Source: the human T2T-CHM13v2.0 reference genome, Homo sapiens. Taken from it: a DNA stretch of 64,000 nt. Positions 1 through 18,437 of the stretch are shown one piece after another. A program made the position numbers and the translations under genes. The stretch lies in the NCBI RefSeq assembly GCF_009914755.1, contig NC_060925.1; one strand, 5' to 3'. The notes beneath the pieces were generated by a model. It had not been told where the DNA came from, made no database searches, and saw only the letters and a list, made by a program, of their open reading frames with translations. How positions within the stretch are numbered: the stretch's first letter is position 1; each line of letters opens with the position of its first letter.

Positions 1-49
1 AAATTAAAATAAAAGTTTTTTAAAAACACACAAAAAAACCTATGACTGT

Positions 50-185
50 GTTCATTTCACAAATGAGAAGACTGAGACTTAGAGAGGTTCTGTAATTTAT
101 TCAAGGTAATATAGCTGGTAAGTTGTAGAACCAGAGCTTGTATCTTGTTTTATTTGAATCTTAAACCTGATTATTGGCCACCACA
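50..185 (-). mobile_element. MIR SINE fragment
   Basis: CATTTCACAAATGAGAAGACTGAGACTTAGAGAGGTT...CAAGGTAATATAGCTGGTAAG matches the reverse complement of the MIR core. Confidence 0.7.
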
Positions 186-260
186 CTTTACGGACTTCTT
201 CCCTTTTGCCCCTTCAAAGCCCAGATTAATCCCAACTCTACCATGTATTCCTTTTTGCAG

Positions 261-267
261 GAGTCAG
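261..267 (+). other. Candidate 7-nt microexon
   Basis: TTCCTTTTTGCAG|GAGTCAG|GTAAGT: consensus acceptor and perfect donor. Confidence 0.3.
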
Positions 268-334
268 GTAAGTGCCACAAGGCATAAGAATTAACACTTT
301 TTCTCAACAAAAAGTAGAGTGAAAAAGTTAGCCT

Positions 335-3165
<2,831 letters not shown>

Positions 3166-3265
3166 GATACAAACCCCCAGGACAAATAGAACAGAAAAAG
3201 AGACAAAATTTTGAAAGATGGGGAAAAAAAGGTGAAATGAATGGAAACTGACTCATCAAGGCAGA

Positions 3266-3443
3266 GGTAGTTGAAACCCAACTGCCTAGAGAGAGAAACA
3301 TCAATGAAAAACAACAAATTTGTTCTGCTATACTGTAGAAAGTTTCAGGAATTTAAGGTAGTTGAAACCCAACTGCCTAGAGAGAAACCAATGAAAAACA
3401 ACAAATTTCTTCTGCTATACTCTAGGAAGGTTCAGGAATTTAA
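3266..3443. repeat. Tandem duplication, two units of 91 and 87 bp
   Basis: GGTAGTTGAAACCCAACTGCCTAGAGAGA...TTCAGGAATTTAA occurs at 3266-3356 and 3357-3443 with a few substitutions. Confidence 0.95.
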
Positions 3444-4793
3444 GGTACCAGGCATCTCTGAAGGCCGGGGGGAAGGGAAGGTGAGTACAAGATGAATGAT
3501 TTTTTTAGTCTAAAAAGGAAATATTTAGAGTTTGGATGCCCTCCCACAACCTACACTGCCAGTAAATTACACTCTTCCCTGCCAAGAGAAAACATGACAT
3601 TGCTGTAGAGAGTGACTGACTCAGAGAGGTTCTGGTCTTGAGGACACACGAAAGACATGCAATCCAGGATACAGAAAATCTAAAACAAAAGTGAAAGAGA
3701 ACATCCAGGATAATGATAAAGAAAGATATCAAGACAACTACTATATATAGTAGATTTAGAAAGCAATCTGTCATGTTAGATCATAAAAAAGGAGAATTGA
3801 TGAAGGAAGTTTCTAAGGGGGAAAAGTAGAACTTATCAATTACCTATGAGGATTGACAGTAATAAAAGGAGCTTTAGAATTTAAATAGAAAGCTTGGGGC
3901 TGAATAAAAAGAAAACAAGCACATAGAAAACTAAGCAAAAATCAACACAAGATAGTTAATTCTAGAAAAAACAGTAAGTAGATTAAAAATAATGTAACAG
4001 ATTGTTACAGGATCAATGAAAGTCAAATTGTGTGATCCTAATAATATGAATAATATGAACACTAAATTATTTAACCAAAACAAAAAAAAAATAGGAGAAT
4101 GAAGGTAGAAAAAGTTTGAACAGAACGAATAAGAAAGCTAAAGCCTTGTGTTCCATAGTAAAAATCAATACATAATTTCTAAAATTGAAAAATCAAGAAT
4201 TCACAGTGTAGCACGTCATTTGAGTAGTTTTTAATATCATTCCTGAAAAAGAAACTCCCCAAATATAAAATACAAAAGAAAAATCAGCAAAAAGAGTTTA
4301 AAATAGTTGCCTCTGAGGAGCAGGAAATTGGGGAGCAAAAGATGCTGTAGACAGAGGATGCCATTTTTTCATCAAAGGCCAGCTAGACTTATATCCCACT
4401 TTTCTCAGGAATGTTAGTTTTATGCTTGTTTTTCTACTGTCCTATCCAGTTAGCAACCACCTTTTATTCTCAGAAATGCATGACAAATTAAATGTTGAAC
4501 CTAATTATAAGATTAGTAGTTATTTTACTTCTAAATTATGCAAATGTATTACTGTATTAAAAGTTTTTTTAAATTAAAGTGGGGGTCTGAAGTCAAAATA
4601 AAGTATTTATTTATGCCTTTTAATACTTTATGATTTGGGGCTCTGTGCCTCCTTTTTTTTTAATCTACAAAATAAGGATTAAAACAGTTCTCATCCCACA
4701 GTTTTGTTATGACTAAATAGACCATTTCGCACAATGTTGTACACATAATAGGTACTTAATAAATACAAATTATTATTGTATTAAATGCACAAG

Positions 4794-5154
4794 GCTATGA
4801 CTCAAACGTTTTCTCCAAAACTCATGTTGTCATTTAATTGCTAATGTAATGGTATTGGGAGGTGTGGGCTTTAAGAGGTGATTAGGTCATGAGGACTCTG
4901 CTCTCATGAATGGGTTAATGCCATTACTGTAGGAGATAACTCCTAATGAAAGGATACATTTTGCCCCCATTAGCTCTCTGTCTATCACACTCATTTGCCC
5001 TTCTGCTTCTGCCATGGGATGATCCTAGCTAGATACCAGAACCATGTTCCTGGACTTCACAGCCTCCAAACTGTGAGCCAAATAAATCTCTTTTTCCTTT
5101 GTAAATTACCCAGCCTGTGGTTTTCTGTTACAGCAGGAGAAAATGGACTAAGAC
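4794..5154 (+). mobile_element. ERVL-MaLR solo LTR (MSTB/MSTC-like)
   Basis: CTCCAAAACTCATGTTG...AAGAGGTGATTAGGTCATGAGG...CCAAATAAATCTC...GGACTAAGACA terminus. Confidence 0.85.
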
Positions 5155-5571
5155 ATCCACTAAATTTAAATTTATTCAGAATGAAACAATCTTCTCATAT
5201 TCATAATAATCTCATAATCTTTAATATTATTGGAAATAAGTGACAAGTTTAAAGCTACATTTCTTTTCTCTTAAATCTATAAAGCATATTGAATAGGCTG
5301 TCTGCATGATGGCTTGAAGAAGGAAAGGCCAAATTTGGAACTTTTGATTACAAGGCAAAGACCCAGTAAAACTAAAGTCATTTAGTCCATTCAGATTTTT
5401 TCAATCTTCATATCCTAGAAAAATAAATGTCTCATGTTTTCATATCTGATTTTCCCTATATATTTGTCTATTAATCTTTACTTTCTGGACAAATGACCAT
5501 GTATAATCACATATTGCTAGCTATCATGGAAGCCTGCCTCCTAGCTGTGATGGCAAGAGTTTCTTAGTCGC

Positions 5572-5626
5572 TACACTCTATGGGATTCTGGTAATACACT
5601 CTATGGGATTCTGGTAATTCTGGTAA
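5572..5626. repeat. Perfect 23-bp tandem duplication plus a 9-bp partial copy
   Basis: TACACTCTATGGGATTCTGGTAA twice, then TTCTGGTAA. Confidence 0.95.
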
Positions 5627-6046
5627 GGGATCTATAGAGTCTATGGGTTAGTCAGATATGTGGGCAGCCTAAACAAGCTGAATCTAAATGTACTAGATCA
5701 ACATTATTTCAAAAGAGTCCTATCAAGAGTAAGCACTATTTTACAGGTCAAATACACAATAAGTAGGTAATTTTTGTAGCATCCAGTAGAGAACTTTTAA
5801 AACAATATAACATCCTTATGGTTGTTATTTCAATAAATTGATTAAACTAGATATGATAATTAATTAGGCAGGTCCTGTGTTTTAAACTTTATGTTCTAAT
5901 TTTTTATGTTCCAGCTTTCTAAATTTTATTCATTTGAAGTCTCACTTTCTTCATGGTCTTTCGCAAGAACTCTAGTCTATACAATCTCCCTTCCTTGATC
6001 TTAACTACTATTTTGACAATTTTTAAAAATTTGGCCTTCAATTATT

Positions 6047-6348
6047 ATTATTATTATTAATATTATTTTGAGACAGAATTTCGCTCTGTCACCCAGGCTG
6101 GAGTGCAGTGGCATGATCTCAGCTCACTGCAACCTCTGCCTCCGGGTTCAAGCGATTCTCCTGCCTCAGCCTCCTGAGTAGCTAGGATTACAGGCACACG
6201 CCACCATGCCTAGCTAATTTTTGCATTTTCAGTAGAGACAGGGTTTCACCATGTTGGTCAGGCTGGTTGCGAACTCCTGACCTCATGATCCACCCGCCTT
6301 GGCCACCCAAAGGGCTGGGATTACAGGCATGAGCTGCCGTGCCCAGCC
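6047..6348 (-). mobile_element. AluS
   Basis: Reverse Alu consensus with (ATT)n tail and TSD CCTTC(A/C)ATTATT. Confidence 0.95.
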
Positions 6349-8669
6349 CCTTCCATTATTTTTTAAAAGACTTATGTATATAGGTCTCACAAAATTATAA
6401 TCAATGGCAGGAACCTTGCATTCATAGCATAACCATAAAATAACAACTTTATTTTTACTTTCAAATGAATGTTATTCTCTTCCAAGTAGTCACTTGGTAT
6501 TCAGGCAACATTCAAAACTACTACCAGTTTTTTAATACTATGATGCTTATAGTACATTCTCCTTTATAACCTGTTATAATGAATTTTCTTTCTTTGAAGA
6601 TGAAATTTATTTTGCAAAACAATCAGTAATTATTTCTCACCAAATCTAGTACCAAGGTAAATGAGTAAGCAAGGGTAGTATTCGTGCTGTTTTGTAGTTT
6701 AAATAGTTCTGAATATAATTCCTGAAAGAGCAGCTCCCCAGATTTTTAAATGTAGTAACTTTCAGCCTCCTACTATTTTGTCATTGTTATAGATTGTACT
6801 TATTTTTATATATAATTTTAGAAATGTTTGTTTTTTAGTCTCATGTCTCCCTCCTACATTTCTCCTTTGTACTAAGTAAAATGAAGACACATGATGGGCA
6901 CTTAACCAATGTCTATAATACTGAAACCTCTCTGCCTTTCTTTCTGTAGGAGGCAACCAGTAATCAGAAAGAAACGCAATAAAAACCACCTGGGCAATTC
7001 CAAACAACTCAGCATCTCTGGATTGAAATTAGTGGTTCGATTTCCATCAAAAATTTCTTTTTTTTTTGTTTGTTTGTTTCTCTTCTTCCATTTTTAGAAC
7101 CAAAGACACCAATTCTGATACCTAGTTTTAAAAAAAATTCTAGACAGGCCTAGGTTTCAAGTTCTAGAAGAATAAGATAGAGCTGCTGGAATATTATGCT
7201 CAGATTCTCTTGGCCTTCCCTCTTACAATAAATACATCCACTGCTGTGCTTGGCAAAGTGACAAAAATAGCTGTCTCACTGAGGGACTGCAGGGGAGGTA
7301 AAACCTATCCTGGCACAGGCTCTCAGGCTGACTCCTTCTGCCAAGGACTCTCATCATTTTGACATATTGGTCTTGCTAGACTGACAGGAAAAGGCAAGAA
7401 AGCGGGTGAAAGGAGAGGAGAGTTCAACTCACTGACCCTTGGGTGGAGCTTTGCTTCCAGCTGTCCCCAACTTTTGCAATTTTGTAACCTTTTTCACTCT
7501 TGCCCTGGAGATTCCTATGGGAATGGTGGAGTTCCAGAACCACAGCCCTACAAATGGGAAGGGACATTACCAGTTCAAATAACCCAGGAGGGAGGAAGAG
7601 AAGAAAAACAAGTAGAAAAATATGAAACACATTTAAAAAGAAGAAAGATGAGGAAAGACAGAAAATGAAAATACATTAAATACAGAAAACAGAAAGAAAA
7701 TTTTAAAAAAGGAATTAAAAAAGAAAAAAAGCAGAAATAAAAAAGAAATTGAAAAGGAAAAACAGGAAGATGTAACAAGAACCTTTTCTGTGTGGTATAT
7801 TGACAGAGGAAATCGAGAATCAAGGGTCCTAATGCCTGTAAAGTACATAATATTAGGAAAAATGCTAAAAAAAAATGCCTACTTTTTTCTTAGCTATAAA
7901 ATGGGCAAAATAAACTTGCTTATAATATTGAAAACTTTACCTGCTGAGTAAGCGTGCTACATTAAATCCATTAACAGAGTGATTTGGCTGGAAATTTTGC
8001 CTGAGTAAAACCTATGTCATCAAGATATACAATTAACTTACATTATTCCCAAGTTTTGCTGATATGCTCTAACCCTATTTCCACCACTTTAAATTATGTT
8101 TAAATTCTCATTATATAGTATTCTTGCCACTTTATATCTGACCTCCCTGTCTGCTGTTTACTTGATCTCAATTCATTCCACATAATGACAGACTGATCTT
8201 GCTGAAACATTCCCTAAACATACAAAGCCTTTCTTCAAAATCCCTAAGTGTGGCTCCAGATAAAGTTCAACATTTCATCCTGCCATCCAAGAAATTCCAG
8301 GATTGAATCCCAACATACTTAATAGTCACAGCCACCAACCCCTACTTTCACATCTGTCCTAAGCAGCCTTGCTGGTTGAGCCTTTACAAATCTTTTCTAT
8401 CTCTGTCCAAATGTCAGGACTATATAAATTTTTTACTTGTCAACTAAAAGTGTTACTTGCTCTCCAAATAATTAAATTCATTTAAAAAGGACAGCTTTGA
8501 AAATGGAAGAGAATAAAAATGGCCCTGTAAACATAATGATAAATGTGTAAATACTGATTTAAAAAAAAAAAAAACAGTGCATGCAGGACAGAAACAACAG
8601 CAGCCTCCACCAAAGCTGCAGGAACAAAAGAGATTCAGAGAGGTGCTGGTTCTGTGGGAAGAAAAGCTT

Positions 8670-9240
8670 TTATTCATGCATTCAGTCATTCAACAAATAT
8701 GTATTGAGCACCAACCAGGTGTTAGACAGATGAGGCTAAAAAGATGAAAAGACAATACTTGCTTACAAAAGTATACTAATCGATGTTTGGGTAAATTAAA
8801 GTGGTACATAATGGCTGGAATATGATATCCAAGGGAAGTAGTAGATAATAAACCCATACAAAAACACGTGCTGCAATTTGAAGGCCTTTAATATCATGCA
8901 AAGAAGTTTAGATTTTACTCTCTAGGTGTTAAGGAAAAACTAAAATTTTAAGCAGAAAAGTAATACGATTCAAGTAATTAGAAGTGGAATATAAAAAAGT
9001 AAAACTTCCAAAGTTCAGACTTACTGGTGTGTGGGACCTTTCACCAAGGTATGAAATTTTGGAGAAAGACCAAGTTTCAGGAAAGACAATGAGTAAGTTT
9101 AATTTTCAATAAACTATGTTTACATGCTTTTGTGACAACCAAATGGAAAGAGCTTATAATGAAGTCGATGGCGTAGGAATCTATAAATGCTTATGTGATA
9201 TAGAAGAAGATGGGAGTTAAAGGGAATCAGAAAATTAAGA
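8670..9240 (-). mobile_element. L2 LINE 3' fragment
   Basis: TTCATGCATTCAGTCATTCAACAAATATGTATTGAGCAC is the reverse L2 3' terminus; degenerate L2 sequence follows. Confidence 0.65.
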
Positions 9241-9265
9241 TACTGAGGATTAAAACTAGTATAGA

Positions 9266-9567
9266 GGCTGGGCACTGTGGCTCACGCCTGTAATCCTATC
9301 ACTTTGGGAGGCTGAGGTGGATCACTTGGAGTCAGGAGTTCGAGACCAGCCTGGCCAACATAGTGAAACCCTCTCTCTACCAAAAAAAATACAGAAATTA
9401 GCTGGGTGTGGTGTTGCCTGCCTGTAGTTCCAGCTACCCAGAAGGCCAAGGTGGGAGGATTGCTTGAACCTGGGAGGCAGAGGTTGCCATGAGCCAAGTT
9501 TGCACCACTTTACTCCAGCCTGGGCGACAGAGTGAGACGTTGTCTCAAACAAAACAAACAACCAAAA
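9266..9567 (+). mobile_element. Alu (AluJb-like)
   Basis: Alu dimer with GTGGGAGGATTGCTTGAACC J-type right arm and (CAAAA)n tail. Confidence 0.93.
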
Positions 9568-10129
9568 AAGGATAGAAACTTAGAAACTGACCTGTCTGCA
9601 GCAGAGTCACAGTTCTTATTAAAATGAAACCAAACAAGGACCAAAATTCAATAGAATACGTTGAATAGATAGAGCTGAATGGGAAAATTAATATAGGATA
9701 TTAGGTGAAGAACTCTCAATTATAAGGAACAAGCACCCCCAATTTCCCCACCAAACTATACTAACACCAGGAATTCTACTTGACAACAACCACTAATACC
9801 AACATTACCAGTGCTATCAGTGTCTCAGAAAAACAACCTTGCAAGTATTGGAAAATCATTGCCACTGCTGCCCTTCCCACCTGCATCAGCAAAAAATGGA
9901 AGCTCATTTATAGCACCCTACTCAAGATCCTAAGTGCAAAAGAAATTTGGAATTTGAGTTTTGACATATCCTTTGAAGAACAGAGGCAAGAAGGAAACCA
10001 AAGTAAACAACAGAATAAATAGATCAGAGGAAAAGAGATTGGAACTCTGACTTATTCATTAATGACTAGAGAGATTTTTAACTCAATGGAGAGAAATAGA
10101 CAAGTATAATAACAATAAAAACATAATAA

Positions 10130-10298
10130 AATCTGTTGTTAGTTTAGCAGTTATTATATGCCAAGCACTGTATACACTACCTCTAAACTTCATAATAACC
10201 CTGTATGGCAGATATTACTATCATCATATTACGCATGATAAAACTGGAGTCAGAGATGTGAAATGAGCAATGTCACACAGCTAGCAAGTGGCTAAGCC
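10130..10298 (-). mobile_element. MIR
   Basis: ATGCCAAGCACTGT...GATAAAACTGGAGTCAGAGATG...GTCACACAGCTAGCAAGTGGC. Confidence 0.7.
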
Positions 10299-10299
10299 A

Positions 10300-12350
<2,051 letters not shown>

Positions 12351-13329
12351 ACTCTTTATCTTCTCCATGCTCTTCTGTCAAAATGCCACCAACATGGAAT
12401 ATATGTAATTAGGTAAACATTTCTATATGAATAATGTAGTAACATTTATTTATGCTTTAACTATATATTTTAAGTTTTTCTTGAATAATTGCTTTGATTC
12501 TAAAATTTTCATCAATGACATCTGTTCCAGGTTATAGAAATGTCTAACCTGAGATGAATGCTAATGAAAAAAGAGGTCAAGAAATGTTTCCACTTAGAGC
12601 TGGCCACAGAGTAGGGAATGTTATACAGATCAAGAGATTCCATTTGGCCTCAGAAAGACCATGGAGGTTCATCCTTCTGAGAATGGGAAGATTAGATCAG
12701 GCCAATCCATGGTTATATTATTCTACAACAAAGGTGACTTTTTCATGACCAAAGAAGGCCTTGCTGATGAAACATAATAAAAATGGTGCTGCCATTTTTA
12801 AAACTTCCAACAAGTTTATCATCAGGGCATATTCTTACCTCATGAATTTCCATTAGTTTTTCTGACAGAGTTAAAACATATACTTCTGTGTTCTGGCTGA
12901 AATATTCCTTCAAAAAGTTATAAAAGCTCCTGATAGTAAACCCACATGTCAGAGAATATGCTGTAGGTGGTAAGTAAATTTCTTTGTTTTCACTGCACTT
13001 AAATTTCTCTTTCTAATCACCCTTGAAGATATCCATGATGTTAACTTATTTCTGTATAATGTGTGTGGTATAAGTGATTCTGTTCTCATAAACAATGCTT
13101 TCTTTATTATCAAAATGAAAGTATACTAGAGTAATACTTTTAAAATGTAAGTTGGATCGTGTGACTCTCTCCCCTGATGAAATCCCTTCAAAGGCTTTCC
13201 ATTGTTTTTATAGGAAACCCTAAAGTCCTTGCCATGTTGAAAAAGGCCCTGAATGATCTGGTTCCTGCTTACCTCCCTAACCTCTCTGGTATCACTCTCC
13301 CTCTGGAATGCTATGTTTCAGCTATCTAG

Positions 13330-13330
<1 letters not shown>

Positions 13331-13365
<35 letters not shown>

Positions 13366-13390
13366 CGCTAGCTCTCGCTCTCTCTCTCTC
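13331..13390. repeat. (CT)n microsatellite at an Alu tail
   Basis: TCTCTCTC run interrupted by GCTC. Confidence 0.9.
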
Positions 13391-13392
13391 TT

Positions 13393-13678
13393 TTTTTGCT
13401 CTATCTTGCTCTATCACCCATGCTGGAGTTCTATGGTGGGATCATCATAGCTCACTGCAGCCTTGAACTCCTGGGTTCAAGTGATCCTGCACCCTTTGCC
13501 TTTCACATATCTGGTATTATAGGTACCTGCCACCATGTCTGGCTAATTTTTTAATGTTTCATAGAGACAGTGTCTGCCATGTAGCCCAGGCTTGTTTTGA
13601 ACTTCTGGCCTCAAGCCATCCTCTTGCCTCAGCCTTCTGAAGGGCCAGGATTACAGGTGTGAGCCACCACACCCAACC
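13393..13678 (-). mobile_element. AluJ
   Basis: ATCATAGCTCACTGCAGCCTTGAACTCCTGGG (J-type), diverged. Confidence 0.9.
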
Positions 13679-13997
13679 CTTAGGTCTCCTTTTGATTTCT
13701 CAAATGCACCAAATCCTTACCCACTCAAAGCCTTTATACATATTGTTCCTCTGCTTGGAGTGCTCTTTTCCAGTTCTCTGCAGAGCTGCCTGTTTCTTGG
13801 CCTTGGGTCTCATCTCAAATGTTCTTTGTTCAAAAAGGCCTTCCCTCATTACTATCCCTAAAGACCTACTTCCTACCTTATCACAAAGGCATTTCTATGA
13901 CAATACCTGGGATATTTCTCTTTCAGCACCTATCACAATAGATTTGTGTGTTTGCTTGTTTATCATCTGCCTCATTCACTATAATATTGATCCATGA

Positions 13998-14671
<674 letters not shown>

Positions 14672-15742
14672 TAGCTGGCAGACAGTAGTCACTCAATAAA
14701 CCTTTGCTAATAGAATGAATGGAGCAGTGGAAGAATGGAGTCAGCATGGGCTGTGCCCTCCACCCTACCTCAGTTTTCTAGGTTTTTATTCCATGTCACA
14801 TCTTGTTTTCCTGGGTCACATATAATAAATATTCCTGTAGTTCTTGATTAGTTTTTCAGGCTCCGCTTCTCTAATAAACAAGAAAATCTTGTTTTACTAG
14901 TTTGATTCCTTTTTCTTTAAAGCTTTTACCTCAAGTGCTACTAACTCTCAAGAGCTACTGAATCACTTTGCTACCCTCCATTGTCTAGAGAATGTGAAGT
15001 TTAATCTATGGTCTACCCTTTACCCAAGCTAGCATCTAATACACTCTATGATGCAACTATTTGTTACTGCTATGTAGCTACTATTCGCCATTGGCAGGGC
15101 CATCAGATTTCCCCAACTCCCAGTTTCACTTGTAGCCCTGGTGCCAGAAAGATGTCTCAGGAGTGCTGCGAAATAATTTTAGAGGCCTGGGAAAGCAAAC
15201 GATTTAGAAGTACCTTGTTCATTTATTCTGAATAAATTTGTTCATTAGGATAAGAAACTATCAAACGATGCAAAATGGGGTTTTATTCATATTGATGAGG
15301 ATTTTTTCAAATAGCTGGGCAAGAAACACCTTTTCCATATGTCTCACTCCCTTAAAAATTAACTGCTGAGCACATAATACCAACTGTGAACATCCCCATC
15401 AAGTAATTATAGCTTTAAAAATAAAAATAGCTCAAATGTAATAAAGAACCCAAACTAAACCCTATGGAGCAGAGACATTGGCTAGTGTTTGAGCATTAAT
15501 TCTTGTCCATATATTTAGAGATACATGGTGTCATTGCTTTTGATGTAGTATAAACCTCATTTTCTAAACAATGTGTTTAATTGTACTTCAACTTGGAGGG
15601 ATAAACTGCGTTTGGTAAATAACAGTTTTGTGCAAAAGCTCACACAGGACAGGTATTCAAAATCTTTTACAATTCATTCTTTACAAGGTAGACTAAGACA
15701 GAATTTGAAACACTTCCTCATAATGGCTAAGAATGATTTTAA

Positions 15743-16214
<472 letters not shown>

Positions 16215-16887
16215 ACAAGTGTTTAATTTTATTCTGGTCCCTTATGACGATTTCCAATTCTGTCACACCAAAACGACCTTGTCCTCGGTGTAGTTACTAT
16301 AAAAACACATTAACACATATGTAGTATAAAAACTAAACATTCTTTAAGACTTTTTGTTTCCTAATCTCCACACATACCTAATCATCTATTGATCCCTCAA
16401 TCTTTCTTTCAAACGCAGTTACAATTCACAGCAATGTGTGAATGTGTGTGTTTGTGTGTGCATGTGTGAATGGGCATATGTTTGGTGTCTTGCTAGATAA
16501 TGATGAGCTAAGCTTAATTACTTCATTAGGCAGCAGGCCGTAGATCTCCTGCTGTCATCAGGGGCTGATTAGAATTTTAAAATATTATTTTCACTTAGTG
16601 GAATCTCAATTAAATAAATAAATTCCATTTAAAAGCAGCTACAGTACATTTGCTGTTGGTTTTGCCTGTTTACAATTGTTCTTGACCCTGAATTGCCCAA
16701 AGCGGTAAATAGTTAAATTCTGGCAAATCTAATTTTACCATTTAAAATATGACAAGACTTTTCTGCTGTGCCAGAATATGCTTATTTTTGAAAGCATGTT
16801 CCCTTTTTTGCATCTCTAACATATTTCTCTAACATTATTCTGTCCCTCCTAAATTGTTGGTTAATATAAATTATTGTTGTATGATGA

Positions 16888-17265
<378 letters not shown>

Positions 17266-18076
17266 TAAGGAAGGCAGAGAGCTGACTTATTCTGCTTTTA
17301 GTTACCCCTAACAGAGCTCTGAGAAGAAAGAAAAGAGAGAACTCAGAAATCTGGTTTTGGGTCCTGAAAAGCCAAAGTCATTAGATAAGTACCCTTTGGT
17401 ATTCCTGCACAGAGCCAGACAACTTCTGGTTTATGTAAGCAAAGTTATAAAATTGTCCCTATCCTTCCTAATTAAAGACCTGAGCATGAATTTTAGGTTT
17501 CTTAGAGAATCATTGTTGGGTTTGAGGCACCACAGGCCACCCAGGGAAAATCCAGCTGCATCACATTTGGAGCTGTCCTATCATAGTCTGGAAAAAATGT
17601 TCCAATCTTCAAAATATGTCTATACCACTTTATTTCACTCCTATGTGAGTCTCACGAGGGGAAGGGGTAAAGAGAGATGAGAAAGATAGTAGTAAATGAG
17701 CATTCTACATGAAAAGTCCTTTCGAAAAAGAACTTATCAATCTGTAAAGAAACTGATTTACAGTTAACTGGCATAGATCAGGTATACTCCTTTCATCAGT
17801 TTGTAGCAGGGCATTTTATGCCCTGCCTACAAATAGAGAGCGTGCAGAAAGTCCCCTGCCCTCCCAGGGACTCAGGGATGGCCCCAGACATGATTTTAAC
17901 AGTGGCAGAGTGGCTTTACAATGGCCTCACTTTCCTAAAATCATCTCCTCCCTTTTGATCCCTAGCACCTCCATGATCCCCAGGTGACCAGGTTCTAGTA
18001 TGTAGCAGCTTGCCCGGCTCTATTCTCCCTAGCAGGACCACCCGCAATTTGGGATATATCCATCCTCCATGATTGC

Positions 18077-18437
18077 CGTCTAGTACTTTTTCACACTGCT
18101 GATAAACACATACCCATGACTGGGTAATTTATGAAGAAAAAGAGGTTTAATGGACTCACAGTTCCATGGAGCTGGAGAGGCCTCACAATCATGGCAGAAG
18201 GTGAAAGACATGTCTTACATGGTGGCAGACAAGAGAGAATGAGAGCCAACCAAAAAGGGCAAACTCTTATAAAGCCATCAGATCAAATGTGACTTATTTA
18301 CTACCACAAGAACGGTATGGGGGAAACTGCCCGGATGATTCAATTACTTCCCACTGGTTCCCTCTCATAACACGTGGAAATTATGGGAGCTACAATTCAA
18401 GATGAGATTTTGGTGCGGACAGAGCCAAACCATATCA
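18077..18437 (-). mobile_element. THE1 solo LTR (ERVL-MaLR)
   Basis: Ends ...GAGCCAAACCATATCA (reverse of the THE1 start TGATATGGTTTGGCT); 5-bp TSD ATTGC/ATTAC. Confidence 0.9.

Noticed and set aside
7560-7950. Lys/Glu-rich reading frames (KKELKKKKSRNKKEIEKEKQ)
   Set aside because: Low-complexity purine tract with stops in all frames and no clear splice boundaries; cannot be supported as a CDS.
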